This document shows, in pieces, positions 1 through 10,015 of a DNA stretch of 64,000 nucleotides. The notes under the pieces were generated by a model, which was given only the letters and a program-made list of their open reading frames with translations, searched no databases and was not told the origin of the DNA. The DNA is taken from contig OY762209.1 of the NCBI GenBank assembly GCA_963665295.1, positions 256,001 to 320,000 of the forward strand, written 5' to 3'. Position 1 is the stretch's first letter, and each line of letters starts with the position of its first letter. This DNA comes from Syntrophorhabdaceae bacterium (GTDB taxonomy: Bacteria; Desulfobacterota; Syntrophorhabdia; Syntrophorhabdales; Syntrophorhabdaceae). Both the position numbers and the translations under genes were made by a program.

Positions 1-459
1 TATCTTGTCGATAATCCCCCGCCTCTTCATATTCCAGAGGGCGTCCACAAGAGCCACGTATCCGCCCGTTATGCTCGCCGTCCTCGTGCCGCCGTCGGCC
101 TGTATGACATCACAATCGATCCATATGGTCTTTTCGCCCATCACATCCAGGTTTACAATGGCGCGCAATGCCCTGCCTATGAGCCTCTGTATCTCGTGGG
201 TCCTTCCCCCCACCCTTCCCTGCGCCGCCTCCCTGGCGGACCGGGTGTGCGTTGCCCGCGGCAGCATGGAATACTCGGCAGTCAACCATCCCTTGCCGCT
301 ATTCCTGAGGAATGGCGGGACCTTGTCCTCTATGCTCACCCCGCATATCACCTTGGTCTCGCCCATCTCCACAAGGACCGACCCTTCGGGGTACTTCAGA
401 AAGTTCTTTGAAATCTTCAGGTCCCTTATCTTATCGACTACTCTTCCGCTCGCCCTCAT
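1..459 (-). CDS. rph: ribonuclease PH (3' end runs off window)
   Basis: Manual translation [39 protein letters not shown]...[14 protein letters not shown]...[12 protein letters not shown]...[18 protein letters not shown] gives the RNase PH signatures; ATG overlaps the upstream gene's TGA. Confidence 0.95.
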   Translation of the reverse strand, partial: MRASGRVVDKIRDLKISKNFLKYPEGSVLVEMGETKVICGVSIEDKVPPFLRNSGKGWLTAEYSMLPRATHTRSAREAAQGRVGGRTHEIQRLIGRALRAIVNLDVMGEKTIWIDCDVIQADGGTRTASITGGYVALVDALWNMKRRGIIDKI

Positions 460-1073
460 TTTTTTATACCTCTTCCCAAATATTTCTGCAAATTGTCACT
501 TACCTTTCCGAGGGTCTCCTCCGCCTGTTCCTTCGGGCATTCGATCCGCATGAATATACCCGGCATGTCAATGCCCAGAAGGGGGAACAAGGGGAGCTCA
601 AGGACCTTCTTGCCGAAGGTCTCGGCCACGAGGGAGGCGAACTCCCTGGATTTCGGCGCATGCATTCCGGGCACATCCTCTATGGACGGCACCTGACCCG
701 TCTTCTTCCCGGCGTTCGTCACCGCGATCGTTACGTCCTCCTGCTGTCCGAAACTGAAATCGACTGCAATGAAGAAGGAGGCCCGAAGCCTGTTGATCTT
801 GTTTGCGAGGACCACCTGGGCCTCGATGTCGTCCGTACCCTCGTAGGCGCTCACCACAAAGCCTTTTCCCGTCAAATGCTTCTTCAGAAGCATCGAGGCG
901 GTGGGGTCCTTCTCGCCCACATGATACAATACAATATGTTGGGCACCATAGGAACAAAAAAACGGGAAAAGGAGACACCAGGCAAAGAAGCCGATCCCTG
1001 CCGCCGTGCGGACGGCAAGGCCTCCCGGCCCTGTCTTCAGGTCTTTCGCCCCCTGGGGACGCCTCATTTTCAT
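456..1073 (-). CDS. exported protein, degenerate N-acetylmuramoyl-L-alanine amidase (Amidase_3)-like
   Basis: C-terminal part of ORF 456..1508; hydrophobic N-terminal segment; weak amidase-like pattern ([29 protein letters not shown]); coupled to both neighbours. Confidence 0.5.
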   Translation of the reverse strand: MKMRRPQGAKDLKTGPGGLAVRTAAGIGFFAWCLLFPFFCSYGAQHIVLYHVGEKDPTASMLLKKHLTGKGFVVSAYEGTDDIEAQVVLANKINRLRASFFIAVDFSFGQQEDVTIAVTNAGKKTGQVPSIEDVPGMHAPKSREFASLVAETFGKKVLELPLFPLLGIDMPGIFMRIECPKEQAEETLGKVSDNLQKYLGRGIKK

Positions 1074-1861
1074 CAACCTTCCGATCTTCCTGCCTCCGGG
1101 TTCAGGCGGGTAATTACTTCGCTGATGTCCACACCGCCGGGGACCGGGACGCCCTGGTAGAAGACCTGTTTGTCCGCGATCCTTATATCCCCCTTCGAGA
1201 TGAGGACCAGTGTCTTCGCAATGAGAGGGGCCTCGATCGCGAGCTCCTCCCACCCCGCTATCTTCATGAGCATTTCCCTGGAGGACCTGTCTCCCCTGAA
1301 CGCGTTGTCGTACATGAGATCGATCTCGGTTCCCTGAAGCATGCTTTTCGCAAAAGCAACAGGAAGGCCCTTGTCCGGGCCGCCGGCAGCCAGGTAAACC
1401 GTGGCCCCGAAGGTCCTTTCTCCCGCGCCGACCATACCGGCGATCACGTCCGTCCTTTTCCCCACGTACGCGCGGGGCGGGGACGGGTGGATGCCGAGGA
1501 TCGCACAAGACTCGTACAATTCCGGGGAGACCCCCTGCGTATAGCCTCCCAGGAATATGAGGTCGAAGCCGTATTTCTCTATTCTCGACTTGACGAGGAC
1601 GTCAAAAGGGTCCCTTCCCTCTTCCGGAGTGAGTCCCTTCTCTTCCAGGAACCTCTTGCGGCTCACCGGTTCGAGGGGAATGCCCGACTCCGCGGCAAAA
1701 GCCATTATCCCGTCGGATGCAGGTGATTCGCCTTGTTCCCTGTCCATGAATATGAGGGATATTCTCCCCGCCACGACCCCCTGTTCAAAGGCGCCGTGAA
1801 TATCTTTCAAAAGGGCGAGGGCTTCCTGGTCCTCCCCCGTGGTAAACCAGCATATGTTCAC
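1073..1861 (-). CDS. formyltransferase family protein (PurN-like, divergent)
   Basis: NICWFTTG, DLIFLGGY, LGIHPS, GATVY, PDKGLP motifs; GTG start with GGAGG RBS. Confidence 0.75.
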   Translation of the reverse strand: MNICWFTTGEDQEALALLKDIHGAFEQGVVAGRISLIFMDREQGESPASDGIMAFAAESGIPLEPVSRKRFLEEKGLTPEEGRDPFDVLVKSRIEKYGFDLIFLGGYTQGVSPELYESCAILGIHPSPPRAYVGKRTDVIAGMVGAGERTFGATVYLAAGGPDKGLPVAFAKSMLQGTEIDLMYDNAFRGDRSSREMLMKIAGWEELAIEAPLIAKTLVLISKGDIRIADKQVFYQGVPVPGGVDISEVITRLNPEAGRSEG

Positions 1862-1994
1862 AAAACCTCCATTGATGCTTTCACGCCTCCCGGGGCCTGA
1901 CCCCGTCCGGGCGGTTTACTCGCTCTTCCTGCGTTCCATCACTTTCCGTGCCACGAATCCGATCAGCCAGATGGCGGCGACACCCGGCGCCTCC

Positions 1995-2921
1995 CTATTC
2001 CTTCTCCAGGAGGTAGTGTTCAAGACCGACCGCCGCGAGGGCCCCGTCTCCCACTGCGGTGGTGATCTGCCTCAGCCTCTTTTTCCTCACGTCCCCCGCG
2101 ATGAACAGCCCTTCCGTCCGGGCGGCGAGGTTCTCGTCGGTGATTATGAACCCCGCGTCATCCCTGTCCACGAGTCCGCCGAGAAACGACCCCTGGGGCC
2201 GTACCCCCACATAGATGAATACGCCGTCAACCTTCACCTCCGAATGCTCCCCTGTTACCGTATCTTTCAGGAGGATCGACTCCACCTGGTCCTTTCCTTT
2301 GATCTCCACAGGCACCTTGTTCCAGAGAAACTCCATTTTGCCGTTCCTGAAGGCCCTTTCCTGGATGATCTTCTGCGCCCTGAGCGTCTCCCTTCTATGG
2401 ACCACGTAAACCTTTTTCACGAGGTTCGCGAGGGCAAGTCCCTCCTGGATTGCGGAGTCGCCGCCCCCTATCACCGCCACATCCAGGTTTTTGAAGAAAG
2501 CGCCGTCGCACGTGGCGCAGTAGGAGATGCCCCTTCCCAGAAGCTCGTTCTCACCGGGGATGCCGAGTTTCATCGCCTCCGTCCCCGACGCGACGATCAG
2601 TCCGCGGCATTCGTATACGTCTCCTCCCGCCTTGACCACAAAACGGCCTTCTTCGCGGGTCACCTCTTCCACCTCCGAGAATTCCCGCGTCTTAAGACCG
2701 AACCGTCTCCCCTGGTCCGCCATCCCTCCCATAAGCTGCCTGCAGGGCACGCCCTCGGGAAACCCCGGGTAATTTTCCACATATTCATACTGCATGGGCG
2801 TTCCGCCAAGGACCCCTTTTTCAAGAAGCAGCGTCTCGACGCCCGCTCTCATCAGGTAAATGCCTGCCGTAAGCCCTGCCGGGCCGCCTCCCAGGACTAT
2901 GGCTTCATGAAATTCTCCCAT
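1995..2921 (-). CDS. trxB: thioredoxin-disulfide reductase
   Basis: GGGPAGLTAG, GRGISYCATCDG, GGGDSA, FIAGDV...QITTAVGDG. Confidence 0.95.
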   Translation of the reverse strand: MGEFHEAIVLGGGPAGLTAGIYLMRAGVETLLLEKGVLGGTPMQYEYVENYPGFPEGVPCRQLMGGMADQGRRFGLKTREFSEVEEVTREEGRFVVKAGGDVYECRGLIVASGTEAMKLGIPGENELLGRGISYCATCDGAFFKNLDVAVIGGGDSAIQEGLALANLVKKVYVVHRRETLRAQKIIQERAFRNGKMEFLWNKVPVEIKGKDQVESILLKDTVTGEHSEVKVDGVFIYVGVRPQGSFLGGLVDRDDAGFIITDENLAARTEGLFIAGDVRKKRLRQITTAVGDGALAAVGLEHYLLEKE

Positions 2922-2992
2922 CTCTATGACTCCTCTTTTTACCGGTTCGATTTCGACAACCTGATTCATTGTAAGCGATATAACACGGATAT

Positions 2993-3709
2993 TCAACCAT
3001 TATGAAGACCGGGGTCCGCTGCCTTTCTCTTTCTCCCCGTGCAGATGGTTGTGCAGTCCCTGCACAGGAGGTTTCTGTTGCAGAGCTCGAAGAAACGTTC
3101 CGGGTGCCTGAAGAATTGGTACTCCCACTGGATTACGACGAGAAGGGACAGGCCGACGAGTGACCACGTCCAGAAAGATTGAAGGAAGACAAGAGGGGCG
3201 AAGGCCATGAGGTAGCCCCAGTTGTTGATCCTGCAGGAGTTGCAGCACTTGTTGCCGATGATCCATTCGAAGGGACACCAGACGGTGACGCAGAACTGGT
3301 CCATGAAGATGAAAAAGACGACCACGAGCATAAGCCCCGTGGGGTCCAGCGCGCCGAGGTGAAAGAGAACCCCCGTGACGAGGACAACCAGAGTCCAGTA
3401 GACCGCCGTCTTCGCGGCGCCCCGGTTCATCCTTGCAGTATAAGCCCTCAATTTCTCTTCCCCGGAAGGCGTGAGCGGGCTGCCGGAGTAATTCCTCCGG
3501 AACATCTTGCCCGACGAAACCAGGGGGTTGAAAGAGGGGATCATGCGCTTAATGAGGATGAGGGCGATTGCGGCCCAGAGCACATGGTAGACCCTGAAGA
3601 AGGCAATCTTGTACGTGAAGGCCCCGGCGAGGACCCGGGGACAGGCAAAAGCAAGGACGAGGCAGAGGACCAGCACAAGGCCCTTCCAAAGGAGTTTGAC
3701 CCTGTTCAC
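2993..3709 (-). CDS. Cys-rich integral membrane protein of unknown function
   Basis: Several TM helices; WCPF...KCCNSCRI and LCRDCTTIC motifs. Confidence 0.7.
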   Translation of the reverse strand: MNRVKLLWKGLVLVLCLVLAFACPRVLAGAFTYKIAFFRVYHVLWAAIALILIKRMIPSFNPLVSSGKMFRRNYSGSPLTPSGEEKLRAYTARMNRGAAKTAVYWTLVVLVTGVLFHLGALDPTGLMLVVVFFIFMDQFCVTVWCPFEWIIGNKCCNSCRINNWGYLMAFAPLVFLQSFWTWSLVGLSLLVVIQWEYQFFRHPERFFELCNRNLLCRDCTTICTGRKRKAADPGLHNG

Positions 3710-3775
3710 GGATACGTCCTTGCCGCGCCGTCCGGGCGGGCCCGGTCCATCGACGAATACGTCCTGCCGGGAATC

Positions 3776-4081
3776 CTACGCCTCCTCGAGCACTTTGAGA
3801 TCCACCCGCTCCACCATGGCGCCTACCTTCTCCCTGTACGCGGCCATGTGGGGCGCGCTGAGATGGTCCCGCAGCGCGTCGAGGCTCTCCCATTTCTCGA
3901 TAATGGTGACCCCGTTTTCATCAGGGGGCTGAAAGGGAAAATCAAAGGCCATATCCACGGCGGGAAAGTACTCGATACACCCCTTCTCCTTTCTCACCGT
4001 AGCCATGTTGACCTTGAAAATCTCCAGAAAACGAGCCCGCGTCCCCGGTTTTACCTTGACCGATGCGATTACATTGACCAT
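3776..4081 (-). CDS. antibiotic biosynthesis monooxygenase / putative quinol monooxygenase
   Basis: VRKEKGCIEY, IEKWESLDALRDHLSAPHM; GAGGAGG RBS. Confidence 0.9.
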   Translation of the reverse strand: MVNVIASVKVKPGTRARFLEIFKVNMATVRKEKGCIEYFPAVDMAFDFPFQPPDENGVTIIEKWESLDALRDHLSAPHMAAYREKVGAMVERVDLKVLEEA

Positions 4082-4230
4082 ACAAACCCTCCTCAACCTT
4101 TTCAGGGCCCATGGCCCCGATTGTATGCAACCTTCGTTGGATTTTATCCACCGGCAGCCCCCGTGTCAACGGGTTTTTTGGGCCGCCCCGTTTCCCGGAC
4201 CTTGTAGGACAAGCGTGTAGGAAAATTGTC

Positions 4231-4260
4231 TTGACAGCCATGGTCTTCTTGTCCTATCAT
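4231..4260 (+). promoter_or_regulatory. sigma-70-like promoter for the 4432 gene, with upstream TGTAGGA direct repeats
   Basis: TTGACA-N18-TATCAT; TGTAGGA occurs twice at about 4204-4223. Confidence 0.5.
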
Positions 4261-4431
4261 GCTTATACGGGGGACGTTCAGACACAATCAATAAACGGCT
4301 ATTCTCAGGCAGTCTGTATCCGCCCCGTCGCCCCCTTCGGGAAGGCAGGGAATGCACGCCGGTTGGAGCATATCTATGGATTCAGCGCACGGAACGACTC
4401 AATCAGCAACAACGATTAAAGGAGAGGAATT

Positions 4432-5826
4432 ATGAAACCAAAAGCATTATTCAGTCTTGTTGTCGGTATCTGCTTTTTTGCATGCATGGGTCTTGTCGGC
4501 CCGGTCTTCGCCGATGAACCCCTCACCGACGCGAAGATTCTTTCACTGGGACCCGAGGAAGGGGCGAAGTCCTTAGGACCGGTCGACGCCAGCACGACCC
4601 CGAAACTGAGTTTCAAGAGCACCTATTTATCCTCCGTGCAGTTCGGAACATCAAAACAGAAGATAAGCAGTGTCCGGCCCGGGGAATACATCTATGGCGT
4701 TTACGATGTCAAACTGGCCGGTCAGTCTACGAACCTTGATAGATATTACTCGATAGACAAATACTCATATAATACCGGCTTTTCAAGTGTGTACAATGTC
4801 GGATTGATGCAGTTCTCATGGGGCTGGCAGATTCCGGCCAACATCGCGAAGAATAACGACAAGCCTGTCCTCTTTGCCCAGTTTTCCGCTACGAACGGAA
4901 ATACCATCAAGAAGAGCATGAGCTTCTCGGTAAAGAGGGACGGCATCTCCAACTCCAACAGAGCCTATATGAACCCCATGGATAAGGTCCTCAAGGCCCA
5001 GATCATCAATAACTGCAAGGCCGTGGACACCGATCTCAAAAAGACTTCGAGTCTGAAGTTCAACTCCCACTATCAGTCCAACTCGGCTTCAGCCACGGCA
5101 TTTCTGAAGAACCTCAAGTCGTGGCGGCCCAACGCCGTCCTTATCCACTCGCATGGCAGCGGCGACACGATCCTCCTTAAGGACGAGTCATATATAGACG
5201 CCACGTCCCTTGCCGCCTCGGGGTTTACCGCCCCTGCGGGACTTTTCTACGCCGCCGTCTGTGAGGGAGCCCTCACAAGCGCCTTGGGCGACGCCTTTGT
5301 AGCAGCGGGATATAACGCCTTCATCGGATATACGGTAAGCGTCTATACCACCAGGAATGCGGACTTCTACAAGTACTTTTTCGACCTTGCAGTCCAGCCG
5401 GACGTCTCGGTAGCCACTGCCCTCAGCGACACGATAGCATGGGCCAACGGCCAGGGCTGGGACGATGTAGCCACCGCGACGATAATCGGAGACGGCTCCG
5501 CCGTGTACCTCGGGGGCACGACAGGTGACGGCGCGTCCGAGAAGGAGACAACCGTGACAACGGAGAAAACGGCTCTCCAGGTAGAGAAGTGGAAACCTTT
5601 CGTAGCGGCTGAAGCCACGGTTGCCATGAAGAACGCGGTCATGGAGGCCGACGAGATCGAAGAGGTAAAGAACCTCAAGGAAGAGTATGGCGCCGATCTG
5701 GTAACGGGCGTCCAGACGTTTCCGAACGTGTATCGCGTATCTTACAAGCTGAAAAACGTGTACTACTATGGCGTGGATGTCGATAAGACCACGGGCAAGG
5801 TGGTCTATCAGGGAACAATGGACTAA
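4432..5826 (+). CDS. secreted protein with putative caspase/gingipain(C25)/CHAT-like His-Cys domain
   Basis: Signal peptide ending VFA; AVLIHSHG and FYAAVCEG motifs; AFIGY segment; AGGAGAGG RBS. Confidence 0.6.
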   Translation: MKPKALFSLVVGICFFACMGLVGPVFADEPLTDAKILSLGPEEGAKSLGPVDASTTPKLSFKSTYLSSVQFGTSKQKISSVRPGEYIYGVYDVKLAGQSTNLDRYYSIDKYSYNTGFSSVYNVGLMQFSWGWQIPANIAKNNDKPVLFAQFSATNGNTIKKSMSFSVKRDGISNSNRAYMNPMDKVLKAQIINNCKAVDTDLKKTSSLKFNSHYQSNSASATAFLKNLKSWRPNAVLIHSHGSGDTILLKDESYIDATSLAASGFTAPAGLFYAAVCEGALTSALGDAFVAAGYNAFIGYTVSVYTTRNADFYKYFFDLAVQPDVSVATALSDTIAWANGQGWDDVATATIIGDGSAVYLGGTTGDGASEKETTVTTEKTALQVEKWKPFVAAEATVAMKNAVMEADEIEEVKNLKEEYGADLVTGVQTFPNVYRVSYKLKNVYYYGVDVDKTTGKVVYQGTMD

Positions 5827-5859
5827 AGCGGCACGTTTCATCCGGATAGCATGACAAGA

Positions 5860-5892
5860 ACGGGGCAAGGGTCTCCCAAGACCCTTGCCCCG
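5860..5892 (+). terminator. stem-loop terminator
   Basis: CGGGGCAAGGGTCT-N3-AGACCCTTGCCCCG inverted repeat. Confidence 0.75.
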
Positions 5893-6013
5893 TAAAATTG
5901 AAGACGCCTGCGGCCCTCCAGCCTCCTCCTTTATCTTCGTTGACTTTTCTTCCGGGATACTATAACTTTAAATATATTTCGCACGTCCATACGGAAAATG
6001 AGGGGGTTAGAGA

Positions 6014-6454
6014 ATGTCCAGTCTGAATAAGGCAATGATCATCGGGAGGCTAGGCGCGGACCCTGAATTGCGCCACACGGCGGACGGTACCGCCGTAGCG
6101 ACATTCAACGTTGCCACCACTGAAGTCCGGAAGGACAGAAACGGGAACAAGCAGGAAAAGACCGAGTGGCACAGGATCGTCGCATGGAGACGGTTAGGCG
6201 AAATCGCGGGAGAGTACCTCAAGAAGGGCCGCCTCGTGTTCGTGGAGGGCAAGATCCAGTCCCGCGAGTATGAGGGGAGAGACGGCATTAAGAGGAGGAC
6301 CTTCGAAATCGTTGCGGACAACATGCAGATGCTCGGGACCGGCGGCGCGGCGCCATCCGAGGGCTATGAAAGACGAGGCTCGTCCGGCCCACAAGGCGGC
6401 CGCATGGAAGACGATTTTATCCCCGAAATGGAGGAAGACGACATCCCCACGTAA
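6014..6454 (+). CDS. ssb: single-stranded DNA-binding protein
   Basis: LNKAMIIGRLGADPELR, EKTEWHRIV, acidic tail EDDIPT. Confidence 0.97.
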   Translation: MSSLNKAMIIGRLGADPELRHTADGTAVATFNVATTEVRKDRNGNKQEKTEWHRIVAWRRLGEIAGEYLKKGRLVFVEGKIQSREYEGRDGIKRRTFEIVADNMQMLGTGGAAPSEGYERRGSSGPQGGRMEDDFIPEMEEDDIPT

Positions 6455-6515
6455 GTCCCGCCCGGACCCGTCCTCCGGACGGGGTGCCCCATCCGGTGAG
6501 GGATACGACAGACCC

Positions 6516-7586
6516 TTACTCTTCTTTGGCCTTGCCGGCCTGCAACTCGGGATCGGCCCTTTTCACGGAGTGTTTCAGTCCTTCCACCCGTGATTCGACA
6601 AGACCCCTGCTTTCCGCTGCCTGGACAAACTCTTTGAACTGGCCGAATCCCAGTTGGTTGAAATAGACCTTCTTCTCTATCAGTTTCGAATTCACGCTCC
6701 GATAAGAATGGTGCGTGGCTGCGTTTCCCCTGTCGAGTTCCGAAAGCACCTCGAGGAGCACCTTGAACCCCTGTTGAAGAGTACCTTCCTTCTTGAATAT
6801 ACTCGGAACCGGGTACACGAGGGCTTCAGGCCCCTTACCTTCGATGGTGACATAGCCCGCCTTCACTGCGGCTGCCACAAATTCGCTCCAGTGTGAGAAA
6901 TTCAGCTTCTTCTCGTTGAAGTTGGCATTGAGCATCTTCATTCGTATCTTGACCGATCCGATGCCGGGGTTGATCTTCTTCTTCAACATGAGGTCCGCCG
7001 CCTCGGCAAGGAGCATGAACCAGTCCTCGATGCCCATGGACGGCGCGGGTGGGGCGGCCTTCCCCTGCTGAGTCTTGTCCTCCACCGCGGGGGGGCTTTT
7101 CTCCCCGGTCTCGTCGTCGTTGCCTCCGGGCACAAGCTCCCTGTAGTCCACGTAACTGTCCGCGAGGGCGAGGAGGTCCTCGGACGCGTTCTGGGTATTA
7201 CATACGATATGGACGATCTTCCCCGCCCTCCTGAGGGCAAGGACCAAAAACCGGAAGTCGCTGTCGCCCGTGACAAGGATGAAGGTGTCTATGTGGTCGT
7301 GTATTCTCATTATCTCGAGGGTGTCGGAGACAAGTACCATGTCGGAGCTGTTCTTCCGTCCCTTAGGTATGTGGACAAGGTAAAAATATCTCCTCGTGAG
7401 CGAGGGGGCGAGCTTGGAAAAAGATGCGTTGGTCCAGTTGCCGTATGCACGGGCAGTGACTATCCTGCCTTTCGCCTCGGCGAATTCGGTGAGACCTTCC
7501 AGGAAAAGGGAATCAGACCCGGGATTCACATTCTCGAGGTCCCATAATATTGCCACATTACTCATCTTCTCTCCATTTCCCGCCAT
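6516..7586 (-). CDS. NYN domain protein with C-terminal OST-HTH/LOTUS-like repeats
   Basis: WDLENV, KNSSDM, LVTGDSDF; two LNF/LGF..F.EFV.AA repeats. Confidence 0.88.
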   Translation of the reverse strand: MAGNGEKMSNVAILWDLENVNPGSDSLFLEGLTEFAEAKGRIVTARAYGNWTNASFSKLAPSLTRRYFYLVHIPKGRKNSSDMVLVSDTLEIMRIHDHIDTFILVTGDSDFRFLVLALRRAGKIVHIVCNTQNASEDLLALADSYVDYRELVPGGNDDETGEKSPPAVEDKTQQGKAAPPAPSMGIEDWFMLLAEAADLMLKKKINPGIGSVKIRMKMLNANFNEKKLNFSHWSEFVAAAVKAGYVTIEGKGPEALVYPVPSIFKKEGTLQQGFKVLLEVLSELDRGNAATHHSYRSVNSKLIEKKVYFNQLGFGQFKEFVQAAESRGLVESRVEGLKHSVKRADPELQAGKAKEE

Positions 7587-7798
7587 ATCCTGGCGGCATG
7601 ATTAACAATCAGTATACAACATTTCGGAGGGTAATGGCAGCCTTAATACTTTCACCCAGTGAAGGGGCCCTTCCTGCCCCGGAATACCCTCGGAGGGCCT
7701 TGCGAAAAATCCCTATTGATTTAGCGCCCTTTTTAGGCTATACTGAGAGTTCAATCCGGCCCCAGCGCGGTACCACCGTCAGCCACTAATGAGGGAGT

Positions 7799-9616
7799 AT
7801 GGAACAAGGTAAAATAAGAAATATTGCAATCATTGCGCACGTCGATCACGGCAAGACCACGCTCGTTGATCAGTTATTCAGACAGAGCGGACTTTTCCGG
7901 GAAAACCAGGTCGTGGAAGAACGGCTCATGGACTCCATGGACCTCGAAAGGGAGCGGGGCATCACCATCGCCTCCAAGAACGGGTCCTTCCTCTACAAGG
8001 GCCACACGATCAACATCATCGACACACCGGGCCATGCCGACTTCGGCGGCCAGGTGGAAAGGGTCCTCAAGATGGCGGACGGAGCGCTTCTGCTCGTTGA
8101 CGCCGCCGAAGGTCCCATGCCGCAGACCTATTTCGTCCTCAAGAAGGCCCTTGCCCTCCATCTGCCCATTATCGTGGTGATAAACAAGATCGACAAACCC
8201 GCGGCGCGATGTGACTGGGTGGTGGACGAGGTCTTTGACCTCTTCGTCAAACTCGAAGCGCCCGACCACATACTCGACTTCCCCGTTATCTATGCATCGG
8301 CGAAAGACGGGTACGCAACCTTTGACCACACTGCCAAGAGCGGGACCATGGTGCCTCTCTTCGATATGATAGTAGAGTCGATCCCCGCGCCTGTAGGGGA
8401 CTCTGAAGGCCCGCTCCAGATGCTCGTAAGCTCTCTCAGTTACTCCACATTCCTGGGCAGGCTCGCCATCGGAAAGATCACATCGGGCACGTTCCGCATC
8501 GACAAGGATGTGGTGGTTGCAAGACCCGGCGACAGCGCGGTCAGGCCCGCAAGGATTACAAAGATCTATCGCTTCAAAGGCACCGAGAAGGCCGAGACGG
8601 ATGAGGCCGGAGTGGGTGAGATCGTCGCGGTGGCCGGCATGGAAGCCATTACCATAGGCGAAACCCTTACCGACCCCTTAAACCCCATACCCCTCAAGGG
8701 CATAGAAGTAGACCCCCCCACCGTGTCCATGACTTTCGTTCCCAACGATTCGCCCTTTTACGGGAAAGAAGGCAGGTTCGTCACGTCCAGGCACGTGAGA
8801 GACAGGCTCTTCAAGGAAACCCTCTCCGACGTGGCCCTCGTGGTAGAGGACCTCCAGGACATGCAGGGATTCAAGGTTTCCGGAAGAGGAGAGCTTCATC
8901 TTTCCATCCTCATCGAAAAGATGCGCCGTGAAGGGTATGAATTTCAAGTAACGCGGCCTCAGGTAATCTTCAGGGAACAGGACGGCACAAGGCTCGAACC
9001 TTATGAAGAACTCACGGTCGATGTGGACGAGAACTATATGGGCAGGGTCATCGAAAACCTGGGCGGAAGAAAGGGCATTATCATCGACATGCGCCAGGAA
9101 AACGGGATGGCCAGGCTGAAATACAAGATACCGACCCGGGGGCTTCTGGGTTTCCGTTCAGAGTTCCTCACGGAAACGCGCGGCATGGGGGTCATGAACT
9201 ACGTGTTCCTCAAGTTCGACGAGTACGCGGGAGAGATCAAGAACAGGAGCAGGGGCGTGCTCATAGCCATGGAGGAATGTACTACCGTGGCATATGCCCT
9301 CTTCAATCTCCAGGAAAGGGGTAAGCTGTTCCTCGGCCCCGGCGAAAAGGTCTATGCTGGACAGATTATCGGCGAGCATTCCAGGGAAGCCGATATCATC
9401 GTCAACCCCGCGAAGGGAAAGAAACTTACCAACATGCGCGCTTCGGGTTCCGACGACGCGGTAATCCTCACGCCCCACGTCCAGATGACCCTGGAAGAGT
9501 GCATCTCCTATATCAATGATGACGAATTGGTGGAGATAACTCCATTGTCGATCAGGCTGAGGAAGATGATATTGGATGGTTTGGAGCGGAAGCGAGCCAA
9601 AAACGCCGCCGCTTGA
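7799..9616 (+). CDS. typA: translational GTPase TypA/BipA
   Basis: [48 protein letters not shown]. Confidence 0.98.
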   Translation: MEQGKIRNIAIIAHVDHGKTTLVDQLFRQSGLFRENQVVEERLMDSMDLERERGITIASKNGSFLYKGHTINIIDTPGHADFGGQVERVLKMADGALLLVDAAEGPMPQTYFVLKKALALHLPIIVVINKIDKPAARCDWVVDEVFDLFVKLEAPDHILDFPVIYASAKDGYATFDHTAKSGTMVPLFDMIVESIPAPVGDSEGPLQMLVSSLSYSTFLGRLAIGKITSGTFRIDKDVVVARPGDSAVRPARITKIYRFKGTEKAETDEAGVGEIVAVAGMEAITIGETLTDPLNPIPLKGIEVDPPTVSMTFVPNDSPFYGKEGRFVTSRHVRDRLFKETLSDVALVVEDLQDMQGFKVSGRGELHLSILIEKMRREGYEFQVTRPQVIFREQDGTRLEPYEELTVDVDENYMGRVIENLGGRKGIIIDMRQENGMARLKYKIPTRGLLGFRSEFLTETRGMGVMNYVFLKFDEYAGEIKNRSRGVLIAMEECTTVAYALFNLQERGKLFLGPGEKVYAGQIIGEHSREADIIVNPAKGKKLTNMRASGSDDAVILTPHVQMTLEECISYINDDELVEITPLSIRLRKMILDGLERKRAKNAAA

Positions 9617-9990
9617 AATCGCTTGTATTCTTCCGTATCTCGTCGTTGCCTGCGTGCGGAGGTGTCCTCAGCGTACTATAAGTACGCCTCCGGGGACCTC
9701 CTTCTTGTCGCCTAGATATACGAAAGACTACAAGCGATTTCAGTACGTGGGTCCATGGTCGAACAAGACCATAACCTTTCCGTATATGGGGCCGCCTCCG
9801 GGGACACCCTTCTGTCGCCTGGATATACGAAAGAATACAAGCGATTTCAGTACGTGGGTCCATGGTCGAACAAACAAACTACTACAACTACAACAACTAG
9901 GGGCGTCCGCGCGGGTGCGTTTGAGACCTCCTTCCTGTCGCCTGGATATAGGAAAGGCTACAAGCCGTCTCAGTATGTCGGTCCATGGCG
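9614..9990. repeat. long palindromic element with its right arm repeated twice more in tandem
   Basis: TGAAATCGCTTGTATTCTTCCGTAT (9614) pairs with ATACGAAAGACTACAAGCGATTTCA (to about 9742); ~75-bp arm units at about 9685-9768, 9793-9871 and 9926-9990. Confidence 0.85.
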
Positions 9991-10015
9991 CCTTCCTGCG
10001 CGCAATGCGCGTCGG

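Noticed and set aside
1915..1990. Possible gene-tail remnant (GVAAIWLIGFVARKVMERRKSE*) after trxB
   Set aside because: Too short, and no start codon to support a call.
4267..4431. Riboswitch in the long leader of the 4432 gene
   Set aside because: Some stems are present, but I could not match a known aptamer consensus.
9685..9990. Possible CRISPR array, or a repeat-peptide ORF (SPGYTKEYKRFQYVGPW)
   Set aside because: Units are about 75 bp, diverged and irregularly spaced; no cas genes in the window; the peptide repeat falls in different frames.
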